Assembly (NCBI RefSeq): GCF_004010195.1
Contig: NC_057720.1
Location: 7,367,117-7,431,116 of the forward strand
Direction: 5' to 3'
DNA from: Chiloscyllium plagiosum
Lineage: Eukaryota
DNA: 64,000 nt
The notes beneath the pieces were generated by a model, which ran no database searches, was not told the origin of the DNA, and saw only the letters and a list, made by a program, of their open reading frames with translations. Below are positions 1 to 10,972 of the stretch, one piece after another. The position numbers and the translations under genes were made by a program. Within the stretch, counting starts at the first letter, position 1, and every line of letters starts with the position of its first letter.

Positions 1-397
1 GCATAGCCTTGAACTATCTGTCAATAATTCTCCTTTATGTTGTTTGTTTGCAAAAATTATTCATGGCTCTTCCCTCTTATTTTTTACACCCAAAAACATT
101 GCTATTTGGCCAAGAGAAGTTCAGTCCAAAACACATCTGCTCAATTTTGTTTCTGTCCCCTCTACAATCTAACTCCTTTCGTCATAGAAGCTTAAAGTGG
201 AACAGACGGCCTGGAAGATCTCCATACTGCCTTTGAGCACCACCCCCAGCATCTGATCATTGAGCTAGCATACTTGGGCGTGTCGCTCTGTAACAGAAGA
301 TAGTGATCTGATTTATATGTAGTACACTGATGAGAAGCAATGCATTTTCCTCAGGGCTTGAAACCATTCGGCCTGCACTCTTGCTCGGTCCAATGGT

Positions 398-872
398 ATG
401 AAACTTGAAAGGATGCAGGAAGGACTTACAAGGATGTTGCCACATTTGGAGGGTTTGAGCTACAGGAAGAGGCTGAATCGGCTGGGGCTGTTTTCCCTAG
501 AGCACCAGAGGTTGAGGAGTGACTTTATAAAAGTTTATAAAACCATGAGACGTATGGATCAGGTGAAGAGCTGTGTTCTTTTTCCCAGGGTATGGGAGTC
601 CAAATCTAAAGGACACAGGTTTAAGCTGAGAGGGGAAAAGAGTCCTTTTTCAGCCAGAGGGTGATGTGTGTATGGATTGAGCTGCCAGAGGAAGTGGTGG
701 AGGTTGGTAAAATTACAACATTTAATAGGCATCTAGAGGGGTATATGAATAGGAAGGGTTTAGGTGGGTATGGGTCAAATGCTGGAAAATGGGACAAGAT
801 TAATTTGGGATATCTGGTTGGCATGGAGGAGTTGGACCAAAAGGTCTGCTTCCACGCTGTAATCAATGACTC
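398..872 (+). mobile_element. HER1-type CR1-clade LINE, 5'-truncated 3' end
   Basis: ORF2 C-terminus peptides (KLERMQ..LTRMLP.LEGLSYRKRLNRLGLFSLE; VWIELPEEVVE) followed by the 3' tail ttggaccaaaaggtctgcttccacgctgta. Confidence 0.9.
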
Positions 873-1245
873 CAGTAAGGTTAATGGCTAAATTTCCTTT
901 TCAGTCAGACATACTTTCCCACCCTTTATCTGTACCCCTCAATCCTCCCAATGTGATATCAAAGAGTTAATTTGCTCTGCTGACCTGCAAGAAAGTTGAA
1001 TGCTCCAGGGATAGGGTGGTGTGTCTTTGTCTTTGAGATGGAATGTGGAAAGTTTACATTCCCATCCCTTGTCAATCAGGAATGATTTACATTTTCATCG
1101 CCTATTCAGAAATCAATAAGAAGATTACATTTGGAATTTGACTACTCCCCTATAGTTACAAAAAAAATACAATTCACACCAGATCTAGCCATTACCGGAT
1201 GATTTGCATCACATTGTTTCCGGAGGTGAGGTGGTCATTGCATTG

Positions 1246-1486
1246 TGTCATGAGTGGTATGTGACTGTGAGGGAATGACTGCGGGTTACCTTGTGGACAT
1301 TACTGACTGTGATGTAAAGATCTTGTATAAAGGAAGGACTGCTCCCTTTGTTCAGGGAAAGCTTCCCTGGATATGATTCGCCAGCATGGTGAGGAGTGAT
1401 TAGGGTTTCTGCGAAGTTTATATTTTACTATGCTAAATAAAAATTTGGTTGTTGTGCACAGAAGTTGGCATGTTGCAGCTGCATCA
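1246..1486 (+). mobile_element. Possible short solo LTR
   Basis: TGTCA...CATCA termini, internal TATAAA and AATAAA in LTR order; flanks attg/agtg (imperfect 4-bp TSD). Confidence 0.35.
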
Positions 1487-1654
1487 AGTGCATAAGAACC
1501 TCAGGAAAAAAAGAACTTAATATCTAAAGTCTATCACATCATGATTTTGAACTTGCTCAACCACCAAACATTTAATCCTTGGGTGTAGAGAATTTCAAAC
1601 CCTCAGAATAATGAAATCTTTCATCACAATTGTTTGTGGGAGATGTTGTTTGCC

Positions 1655-2220
1655 TCTTTATTCTTTCATGAGCTCTGGGCATCACTGACAAGGTTGGCAT
1701 TTGATACCAACACCAAATGGTCTCGAATTGAGTGGCGGTTTAGGCCATTTCATGGGGGCTGTAAGAGTCAACCACATTGCTGTCAGTCTGGAGTCAGGAG
1801 TAGGCCTGACCGGGTAAGGACACAGATTTCCCTCCCTAAGCGCGTCATGATGCGGAGGTGCCGACGGTGGACTGGAGTGGACAAAGTCAGAAGTCACAAG
1901 ATGGCGGGTAATGGTCCAACAGGTGACTTCACCTGACGAGGAAGCAGCGCTCCGAAAGCTTGTGATTTCAAATTAACCTATTGGACGATAACCTGGTGTC
2001 ATGTGACTTTTAACTAAAAGAGGCAAGTGAACCGGATGTTATTTTCTTTACAACATTTGACGGTATTTTCAAGGCATCATTATGGAGCTAAGCTTCACAA
2101 ATCCAGATTTATAAACTGGAATTTAAACTTCACCAGCTGCCCATGGTGAGATGTGAACCCATGACCCCTACAGCTTTACCCTTTATACTTCTACGCCTGT
2201 AACATTGCCACCATCTCCCC
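1655..2220 (-). mobile_element. tRNA-derived SINE family B, interrupted by a PLE-derived element
   Basis: Motifs aagagtcaaccacattgctg, gtctggagtca and the reverse complement of a tRNA-like head match other copies such as 51405-51875. Confidence 0.75.
1850..2015. mobile_element. PLE-derived short element family P2 with hammerhead motif
   Basis: ggaggtgccg..tggactgg..acaaagt end; + strand cac-ctgacga-g-gaagcagcgctcc-gaa-agct-t-gtg at about 1930-1964. Confidence 0.75.
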
Positions 2221-2924
2221 ATCGCTTCATACAAATTGGTTCCTGCCTTTCAAGAGCACTTCATCATCTACAAGGATGTGACAGACTTATCAGAGCTGCA
2301 ATACAAATGCAAGCCTTTCCTTTACGCCTGTCCGTTCATTGGCAAAAAATCTGGATAGTCTTCCACCAGAAGAAAAACTACTTCCTTTATAATTACATTA
2401 AAACTAACTGTTTTGAGTTAATCCTGTGCAAACTAAGAGCAGATTAAATTATTTGCCTGCACAGTCATATTATCAGAATGATCATAAAGTTCATTTTACT
2501 GAGAAAGTAAGATTTGTGGAATTTGCTTGCCCTGCACTCATACCCTAAAGGAAAGAGGTATTACAGAATAATGAATGCATGATGACAAAGAGCATATTCT
2601 TTAATGCTACATAAATTTGTGTAATGCATTATCATCAGGCCCCCAGTTTGAAAACACTGTAACATCACATTGCTTTTAACCCTCTGAGCTCAGCAATAGA
2701 GAAGGAATAAGGTGCGATCACACCTTTAACTGTAAGAACGCTCAATTCAGCAGAATGTAAGAAACAGGATCAGGAGTAGACCCCTTCAGTCCCTCATGCC
2801 TGCCCTGCTGTTCAACAAGATCATGGCTGATTTGCTTTAGGCCTCAAATCCTCTTTTACAACAGCTCACCACAGCTCCCAACTCCTCGATATTGCAAACA
2901 TCTATCCACGTCTTCTACTTTCTT

Positions 2925-3087
2925 AAAGTCAGAAGTCACATGACAACAGGTTATAGTCCAACAGGTTTATTTGAAAGCACAAGCTTTCAGAGCATTGCCC
3001 CTTCATCAGGTGAAGTGATGAAGGAGCAGCGCCCCAAAGGTTTGCGCTTTCAAATAAACCTGTTGCACTGTAACCTGCAGTCGTGTG
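2925..3087. mobile_element. PLE-derived family P2 inverted pair
   Basis: Inverted arms (aggttatagtccaacaggtttatttg ... caaataaacctgttgcactgtaacctg) around a central cttcatcagg/tgatgaagg. Confidence 0.8.
2978..3012 (-). ncRNA. Minimal type I hammerhead ribozyme motif (P2)
   Basis: Minus strand reads CAC-CUGAUGA-A-GGGGC(AAU)GCUCU-GAA-AGCU-U-GUG: intact core, stem II with two G-U pairs, stem I CAC/GUG, palindromic AGCU. Confidence 0.7.
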
Positions 3088-3090
3088 CCC

Positions 3091-3655
3091 CACCACCCCA
3101 TGGCCCAACATTTCAATTCCCCCTCCCACTCTGCCGAGGACATGCAGGTCCTAGGCCTCCTCCACCGCCGCTCCCTCACCATCTGACGCCTGGAGGAAGA
3201 ACGCCTCATCTTCCGCCTCAGAAGACTTCAACCCCAGGGCATCAATGTGGATTTCACCAGTTTCCTCATTTCCCTTCCCCCCACCTTACCCCAGTTCCAA
3301 GCTTCCAGCTCAGCACTGTCCCCATGACCTGTCCTACCTGCCAATCTCCCTTCCCACCTATCCATTCCACCCTCCTCTCTGACCTCTCACCTCCATCCCC
3401 ACCCCCTTTAACCTATTGTACTCTTTGCTACCTTCCCCCACCCTCCTCTCTGACCTATCACCTCCATCCCCACCCCCATTCTNNNNNNNNNNNNNNNNNN
3501 NNNNNNNNNNNNNNNNNNNNNNNNTCCTGATGAAAGGCTTTTGCCCGAAACGTTGATTTTCCTGCTCCTCGGATGCTGCCTGACCTGCTGTGCTTTTCCA
3601 GCACCACACTAATCTAAACTCTAGTTTCCAGCATCTGCAGTCCTCACTTTTGCCA
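3091..3655 (+). mobile_element. Penelope-like retroelement 3' end: GIY-YIG endonuclease C-terminal remnant, pyrimidine-rich UTR and P1 terminal repeat
   Basis: Frame from 3094 reads HPMAQHFNSPSHSAEDMQVLGLLHRRSLTI*RLEEERLIFRLRRLQPQGINVDF, the PLE-like HFN...H...E..LI..L..L.P.G.N pattern; stop at 3184-3186 is a probable CGA>TGA; hammerhead-like ctgatgaaaggcttttgcccgaaacgtt from 3527. Confidence 0.85.
3483..3524. other. Assembly gap (42 N)
   Basis: Run of N inside the PLE 3' region. Confidence 1.
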
Positions 3656-3764
3656 AGCTGACTTCTGTCTGTGCCCACCCCACTGGCACCTCCACATCAT
3701 TTATTTTTCAATGATTCAGCCTCTATAGCTCTCTGGGATAAAGAATTCGAGGCATTCACTCTTT

Positions 3765-4368
3765 TTAGAGGGTAGTAACACAGAGGTTCCGGGATGTCCA
3801 GTTTTGGATGGGTCTTGGGGCAATTTTATTGTAGCTAACAGATACTGCCTCAATGAAAGGGTTTCATGTTTAAAACAAAACACTGGGACAATGAATGGGG
3901 GAGTCGCCTGTTCTCCCAGTGCAGCTTTTGTCTGGTTTGATTTGGTTTGGGTTTTATCAGTCTGGCTGCTGGAGGCTGCTGCTCAAAGAAACAGCGACAT
4001 GGAAGAAGGTATTCCACGCTGAATCTCCCTGTCTTCTCTCTCTCTCCTTTACGACCCTGTGTTTGATTTTACGTTTTGTGCCAAGGGGTGTTTATGGGGA
4101 TTGTTGCAGGAATTTGGGACAGCATCATTAAGTCGGGATGATCCACTGGGTTTTCAGATTGGTTACATTATTCTGTATTCTGTTCTCCTTATTTGCATTT
4201 CATTCAGTAACCTTGTAAATAAATTCAGTTTTGTTTAAAACTGAGAAGTTTTGACCAGCTTCGCCACTCCTGGGACATCCACTGTACACCTGCTCAAAAC
4301 AACGAGACAAGTTAAGATCTGGGCTGCTTCTTGAAATGTTTCAAGGGGGTCTGGCCTGATCCATGACA
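3765..4368 (+). mobile_element. Solo LTR, 5'-truncated, related to 32796-33422
   Basis: Colinear similarity with 32796-33422 (gagggtagtaa, CT tract, aataaa, tgggctgc..aatgtt..ggtctggcct..aca end). Confidence 0.65.
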
Positions 4369-4439
4369 AGCATCTTTACAGGAGAATGCCATCGGACAAT
4401 AGGACAATTTTGCTCTCATTGCACCACCTTAGTGGTGAT

Positions 4440-4790
4440 TTTTTTTGCCTTTTACTCATTCATGAGATGAATGTGTCACTAGTTAGGCACCATTTATTGC
4501 CCATCCCTAATCACTCAGAAGGCAGTTCAGAGTTAACCACATTGCTATAGGTCTGGAGTCAGACCAGGTAAGGGTGGCAGATTTCCTTCCCTAAACAGCA
4601 TGAATGAACCCTGATGGGTTTTTCTGACAATCAGCAATGGATTTGTAGTAGCCATTAGACTCTTAACTCCAGATAATTATTGAATTCAAATTCCACCAAT
4701 AGCCGTGGCGGGATTTGAACACGGGTCCCGAGAACGTCTCCTAGGAATAGATTAACAGGCCAACGATAATACTACAAGGTCATCTACTCC
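4440..4790 (-). mobile_element. tRNA-derived SINE family B
   Basis: Near full-length reverse copy (atttattgcccatccctaa ... gaattcaaattccacca ... ggatttgaac). Confidence 0.85.
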
Positions 4791-4821
4791 CTATGATGTG
4801 ACAAGCCTAATATTGTATGGG

Positions 4822-4906
4822 CTGAAAATGTGTTGCTGGAAAAGCGCAGCAGGTCAGGCAACACATTTTCAGCTCTGATCTCCAGCATCTGCAGTCCTCA
4901 CTTTCT
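4822..4906. mobile_element. PLE-derived family P1, internally deleted inverted pair
   Basis: 16-bp TSD cctaatattgtatggg at 4806-4821 and 4907-4922; P1 termini present, ribozyme part deleted. Confidence 0.85.
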
Positions 4907-5084
4907 CCTAATATTGTATGGGCCCAGGTTAGTGCTGTAAGGGCATGGGTTTAAATCCTCACCATGGAAGCCGGTGGAGTTTAAATTCAGTTAATAAACC
5001 TGGATTTGTTAAGTTTGTCTCAGTAATGATGCCATGAAACTATGGTCAAATTCTGTGCGGGAAAGATGCCTGGTTCACTTCTGG

Positions 5085-5211
5085 CCCTGAAGAAGGGCTT
5101 ATGCCTGAAACGTCGATTCTCCTGTTCCCTGGATGCTGCCTGACCTGCTGCGCTTTTCCAGCAACACATTTTCAGCTCTGATCTCCAGCATCTGCAGACC
5201 TCACTTTCTCC
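5085..5211 (+). mobile_element. PLE-derived family P1 with hammerhead core
   Basis: TSD tcacttctgg (5075-5084 / 5212-5221); ctgaaga-a-gggcttatgcct-gaa-acgt-c from 5087. Confidence 0.85.
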
Positions 5212-5220
5212 TCACTTCTG

Positions 5221-5600
5221 GGGGGGCATGGTTAGCGTTGCTGCCTCACAGTGCCAGGGATCTGGGACTGCCTATGTGGAGTTTGCATGCTCTCCATGTG
5301 CCTGTGTGTGCTTATTCCAGTTTCCTCCCACGGTCCAAAGATATGCAAAAGGTTTTGTCCCTTGACGACTTTCCTGGCCCTCAGATGCTGCCTGATCTGC
5401 TGTACTTTTCCAACCTCCCATCTCTTGACTCTGACTTCCAGCATCTGCAGTCCTTACCGTCTGCAGGTTAGGTGGATTGGCCATGGGAAGTGTGGGGGTA
5501 GAGGATGGGGGATGCGGGTCTGGTTGAGATGCTCTTGGGAAGGTCAGTGCAGACTCAAAGGGCTGAACAGCCGTTTTCCGCACTGTCAGGGTTCAATGAA
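5221..5600 (+). mobile_element. HE1 V-SINE with nested degenerate P1 element (about 5349-5455)
   Basis: tggttagcgttgctgcctcacag head, tgtggagtttgca V-domain start, gtttcctccca; P1 fragment inside. Confidence 0.8.
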
Positions 5601-6282
5601 GCACACAGGGTTTGGTCTGGTGCTGACAAGTTGATGATAGATCACTGACCAGTGCTGTCAGGCCAATTGCTCAATGAGCACTGTCCTCAGCCAATGTCCA
5701 TTGTTCGGAGGACTGCGTTGTAAAAGCTCAGCTTCGTCAGTTCTCAATCCTCCAGGGCAAAATGCAGTTGTTGTTGTCGCCAGGGTTCCTCCTGGCAGAG
5801 TGCCAACTTGGGCTCCATCCCTTAGGGCCAGGCCGCAAAGCCAGGTTAAAAATAAAACGCAGCCAGAAATGGTGTTCCATTAATAGGCTGCTCTGAGGCC
5901 CATTTTATAGGATTTGCTCACAGGAGCCCCTCTGGCCACGGAAGCATTTGTGTACAGAATTACTGAAGGTTCCTGATCTTTAAAAGATTAGCAGGCTGGA
6001 TTCAGAAATGAGCCGCCTTACTTCCAGAGACTTTTATGGCACCATTACATTCAGCTTTATAGCCATAAATGGGCCCCCACTGTTTCTCAAAACAAATAAA
6101 ATATAGCACTTAAATATTATAATCATCAAATTTTACTTTCTAGGCATTTGAAGTGGTTTTACAGCAGCATAATGAGCCAATCTTGTGCCAAATGGTGTTT
6201 AAAAGCAAAGTGGTAAAAATGTACAAGGTACTCTGTGTCTCAATGCTCAACAATCTCCAAGATGGTCTCCCCACCCTCACTC

Positions 6283-6415
6283 GGCAAAAGTGAGGGCTGC
6301 AGATGCTGGAAATCAGAGTCTAGATTAGAGTGATGCTGGAAAAGCACAGCAGGTCAGGCAGCACCCAAGGATGAGGAAAATCGATGTTTTGGGCAAAAGC
6401 CTTTCATTGGAATGA
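6283..6415 (-). mobile_element. PLE-derived family P1 (degenerate ribozyme)
   Basis: aaagtgagggctgcagatgctgg...gctggaaaagcacagcaggtcaggcagc matches P1. Confidence 0.85.
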
Positions 6416-6589
6416 AGCATGAGGATTCAAACTTCGGAAGACCTTTTATACACATATCCGGTGCTCCAGTTCCAGAGGATTCAGTCACAGTAAGAAAGCG
6501 AATTACACGTCTTGGTTGATTGGTCATGAGAGGTTAAGGTCACCGCAACGCTTCCGTCTGATTCCCCTGCAATCCTAACAGGTCATGTT

Positions 6590-7430
6590 GGTGAGCCACC
6601 TTCCTGGATAGTCCACCTGATATTGGCACAGAGACAAGGCTGTGAAGGAGGAGGTTCCAGGATTTTGACCCAGCAACAGTGAAGACATGGTGGTACATTT
6701 CAAAGTCAGGATGGCGTGCAGCTGGGAGGAGGTCTTGCCAGGTTGCCCCCCTGCATTTAGTGTCCTTCACGGTGGTGAAGGTTATGGGTTTGGAAGATGC
6801 TGTCAACATTGCCTTGGTGAACTGCTGCTGTACATTTAAGTGGATGCTATATGGTAGCTGCAGTGCATTGGTGGTGTAGGGGCTGATTTTTAAAACGTTA
6901 GAGGAGTTGCCAATCAAGCAAGATGGAGTTGAGTATGGTGGAGGAGGGTACTGCAGAAGCTGGAGATTAAAGTTTAGAATGGTGCTTTAAAAGCACAGCA
7001 GGCCAGGCAGCATCCAAGGAACAGGAAAATCAACGTTTTGGGCAAAGGCCCTTCATCAGGAAGGACATGATGAAGGACTTTTGCCCGAAACGTTGATTTT
7101 CCTGCTCCTCAGATGCCGCCTGGCCTGCTGTCCGTTTCCAGCACCACTCTAATCTTGACTGGAGTTGAGTATACCAAGTGTCGGTGGAGCTGCACTCATC
7201 TTGGTAAGTCGGGAGCATTCCTCACACTCCTGACTTGTGCCTTGACGAGGCACGAGGGAAGTATTGAAATGGCTGTTTAGTTGCATTTCTGATCTGTAGT
7301 AACCCCCAGGACGCAGATGACAGTGAACTGAACAATGGTAATACCATTGAATATCAAGGGCAGCTAACTAGATTCTCTCCTATGGAAGAGGATCATTGCT
7401 TGGCACGTGTGGGACACAATGTTACTGATG
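6590..7430 (-). mobile_element. CR1/L2-superfamily LINE family 2 fragment, split by P1 pair
   Basis: Reverse match to 58890-59372 (ttccaggattttgaccca, caagtcaggatgg, gagtt gccaatcaagc). Confidence 0.65.
6938..7159. mobile_element. PLE-derived family P1 inverted pair
   Basis: TSD tggagttgagtat (about 6925-6937 / 7160-7172); two opposed, mutated hammerhead motifs at about 7030-7098. Confidence 0.85.
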
Positions 7431-7675
7431 TTACAATTGTACAATTAGTTTCAAAGCACATTCACCATAATATTGCCAGTGAGAGAATAGGAATGATGCG
7501 GAAAGAGTAACTGGACATCTGAGACTGTGGTGAAAGACAGAGATAACGGTCTATCTATTAAAATGGGTTTTAAATATTTCAAAGAAATAAGGAGGCCTGG
7601 GAAGGAGGGAGAATTCAATTTCAATTCAGGTGCAATGAAAGAAACAGAGAGAGAGGGGGAATGAAAGATTGAATT

Positions 7676-7719
7676 GAGAGAGAGAGAGACAGAGAGACAG
7701 ACAGAGAGAGAGAGAGAGA
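7676..7719. repeat. (GA)n/(GACA) microsatellite
   Basis: Direct reading. Confidence 0.95.
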
Positions 7720-8149
7720 ATGCAAAATGACAGGCCATACAAACAGAAAATCAATATTTTTAAAATCACAAACAATCCACAAGCTGAAAGAACGAGATCC
7801 TACAATTTGAAATTGTTCCATTTTCTGGGCAAGAGAGATTGATTGGCCCTCAGTATCACAGGGTTCAAAGGATGCTGTTAAATACTGGGCTGAAATCTCT
7901 CCAGGTGATTAATGCAGAAATGTATGAACTGCATAAAACCGCAGAGAGATTAAGAGAGAGTTGTTGTTTGCAACAATCTGATGGTAGAGTGGAGGAAACC
8001 GTCCAGCTAGTTGTGGCAATTTATGGGCTACCTTACTTTCGTTATAATTCTGGGCTGACCCATGTATCAATGAAGATATTGTTCTGGTGCCGTTAATGCT
8101 GTTGCAAAATTTGCTCTTTCTTCTGCAAAAACTAAATCGGTCGAGAAAA

Positions 8150-8237
8150 TGTGTGTGAACACGTGTGTGTGTGTGTGAACACGTGTGTGTGTGTGTGAAC
8201 ACGTGTGTGTGTGTGTGTGTGTGCGCGTGCGCGCGCG
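8150..8237. repeat. (GT)n-based 20-bp minisatellite x3 followed by a (GC)n tail
   Basis: Unit gtgtgtgaacacgtgtgtgt repeated three times; CACGTG at 8160, 8180, 8200. Confidence 0.95.
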
Positions 8238-8599
8238 AGCAGAGGGGTTGTTTCTGATTGTGCCCAGGGGAACAACAATGTCCACGATAATTGATACCGA
8301 AACAAGGTCCGTTTGTACACTGCTCTGAAACAATAGGATTAACAGGCTTCCTGTCATTAGCACGCAGACAGGAGAGAACTGTGCAGCCTCAGGGAGAACT
8401 GTGTAATATGGTGTGTCAGATATATTCAAATAAAGACTTAACTATCCTTCACCAACTTTCACCATTCCCATTTCATGAGGAATGCAACAGCCTAATAGTC
8501 AAGAGTAAGAAATATCCAAATCTTCCATAACATAATTAAAAATGCATTAAGTACAATAGTCTCTGTTAAATGTGCACTCGACAAGGCCATAGAACAGGC

Positions 8600-8840
8600 A
8601 AGAATTGCATTTATATGTTTTTAATTGAATTATATCTTTCTTAACCTCAGGACATCCTTTAACAACCAAGGAAGTATTTCCAAACTGAAGTACTGATGAT
8701 AACGCAAGGAAATATAGCTGTCAATTTGTGTGCACCAATCCTGTCAGAAGCAATGAGATAAATATATCCTACAGTCTGCTTTTAGTACCACTGGCTGAGG
8801 GATAATAATTGATCAGGACAATGGGAGAACTCCCCTGTGA
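8600..8840 (-). mobile_element. DeuSINE (SacSINE1/AmnSINE1-like), old
   Basis: ttgcatttata...cctcaggacatcc...caatttgtgtgcac...gctgagggataa...ggagaactcccctg resembles the reverse complement of the Deu domain and tail. Confidence 0.6.
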
Positions 8841-9109
8841 GAAGTTCCAGAGGCTCTTTCTGTCATGAACACTGAGTGAGTCAGTGAGTTTTGGGTTCAC
8901 TGAGACTCGGTGGACTACAGAGAGAATGCAGCAAGCACTATTGAACTTACTTAAGAAGACAGCGTTTCTCAAAAGTATTACACACAGCATCTTCTCCCCT
9001 CTCCTCCCCCACTCACCCCACAATCCCAGCCACCAACTGTCGCACTCTTGGTGATGAGGGGCCACAGTTATCTATAATTATGTATCAATGCCTTGCAGGA
9101 AGAAAGTGA

Positions 9110-9545
9110 ATGTGTTACATTAAGTTTGTGGATGACACAGAAATAAGTGGAAAGGCAAGTGGTGAGTTAAGAGTCTGCTGAGGAATATAGACAGGTTAAG
9201 CGAGCAGACAAAAACTTGTCCGAAGGAAGATAAGGTAGGGAAATCACAGGTTATGCACTTTGGTGGGAAGAATGGAGGGGCTGGCTGTTAGTTAAATGGT
9301 GGAAGACTGCAGGAAGCTACAGAACAGAGAGATTTGGGAACCCTCACCCTAGCAATTAAGGCTAGCATCTAGCATCCAAGTTCAGCAGGTAACAGGGAAG
9401 GCAGGTTTCTAACCAGTAAGGGAATCGAGGGGAAAGGCAGGAAGATGGTGTTGAGGGTTATCAGATTAGTCATGAGTTTATTGAACAGTGGTGTCAACTC
9501 AACGGGCTGAATGGCCTACATCTGCTCCTACATCTCAGGGTCTCA
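9110..9545 (+). mobile_element. CR1-clade LINE fragment (second tail type)
   Basis: aagtttgtggatgacac (KFxDD), gttatgcactttgg, tail gggctgaatggcctacatctgctccta. Confidence 0.75.
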
Positions 9546-10620
9546 GGAAGCACAAAATGAAACAAAATGAGTTTTGAAGGACATTCGCAAGCACATCAGG
9601 GAATTAGTTCAAAAGATAACTTTTTAGCTGCACATTAGGTGTTTTCTTCCTTGCTGTTGGCTATTGCAACAAAGTGATGGGACAACAGACCAATGTTCAG
9701 TCAATGTAAAAACGGATCAATTCTAACATAACAGGTCAGTTAACAGACTGATAAGGCACCTGAAGGCTTTACAACCTCACGAAGGCCTTTTGTGATAAAA
9801 AAAAAAGTACTACAACAATTTAAAGCCATCGCTGAGTTACTCAAGTTATTTTCTGTTTGACTGCCGTGGAGATTGCACACAATAGTTGGATGAAAGCTTT
9901 TAAGAACTACAGATCACCTCTTTACAATGTCAAGCAATTACCGAATGCAACCCATTTTGAGAAACTGTTCACCAACGGTAAGTAAAGAGACTTTGTTCCT
10001 TTTCTTCAGCTTTTCTTCCCACCTACACGACCAGCAAATCTCTTCCATCAGCGTCTTGTTAATTTATCAGTAATTTCCCCAAGGCTAAATGGCATTTTTG
10101 TTCTTTAAACAGAATGGCTCAAGCCTTGTGGCATTGCTTGTGTTAAGTCAGTCACATGGTGGGAAAGTGTATTATTTTCCTGATGGTGCGTCTGTGCATG
10201 AATCTGAGCAAATTGAATGCCTTCCAAAGGCTGCTTTCGAGATGCTGGGGGCATTTATCAGAGAGGAGGGCACTAAGTTGGCATACTTCCTGTTCTCCAT
10301 CTCTGTTCAATTAAGGCTGGGCTTTTTTTTTTCATTTTTGTTTGTTCATGGGATGTACCTGCTGCTGCACGGACCAGTATTTATTACCCATCCTTAATTA
10401 TCCGGGTCGACCACACTGCTGTGGGTCTGGAGTCACATGGAGACCACAGCAGGTTGTAATGATTGGAATGAGGTCAGCCAGGTGGACGTCATAGAATGTG
10501 AGTTCCTGATTGGAGTGGTCCAGTCAGGGGGCCCTGGCTGACAGATATAAACAGGAGTGTCTTGCTACTGTATTCTGTGCACTATTTTCCATTTTATAGG
10601 ACTGTCTTGTCTGTGTTTAT

Positions 10621-10827
10621 GATTTGGAGCTGCCACTGTTGGACTGGGGTGAACAAAGTTAAAAGTCAAACAACCAGATTATACTCCAACAGGTTTAATT
10701 GGAAACATTAGCTTTCGGAGCGACGCTCCTGATGACAACCACCTGATGAAGGAACAGCGCTCCGAAAGCTAGTGCGCTTCCAATTAAACCTGTTGGACTA
10801 TAACCTGGTGTTGTGTGATTTTTAACT
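10621..10827. mobile_element. PLE-derived family P2 inverted pair
   Basis: Inverted arms; + strand cac-ctgatga-a-ggaacagcgctcc-gaa-agct-a-gtg at 10740-10774; flanks ttgtctgtgttt / ttgtctgtattt. Confidence 0.85.
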
Positions 10828-10972
10828 TTGTCTGTATTTGGTACTGTTTCCTTTTTGATATCTTACGGTGGGATTTGAAGTTCGCCCTCATTCCCCTGTT
10901 AACTGATTGCACGGTAGGGTTTGAGGTTTGGCCTTGTTGCCGCTTCTCCTGTAAATAGTGTCTTTTTTCATC

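Noticed and set aside
2892..3530. Longest ORF (212 aa, Pro-rich)
   Set aside because: Off-frame read-through of a P2 repeat, the PLE remnant, a CT-rich tract and the N gap; the meaningful peptide is in another frame.
9913..9977. Possible + strand exon ending in a perfect donor (CG|GTAAGT)
   Set aside because: Weak acceptor, unrecognisable peptide and no partner exons; a lncRNA exon cannot be excluded without RNA-seq.
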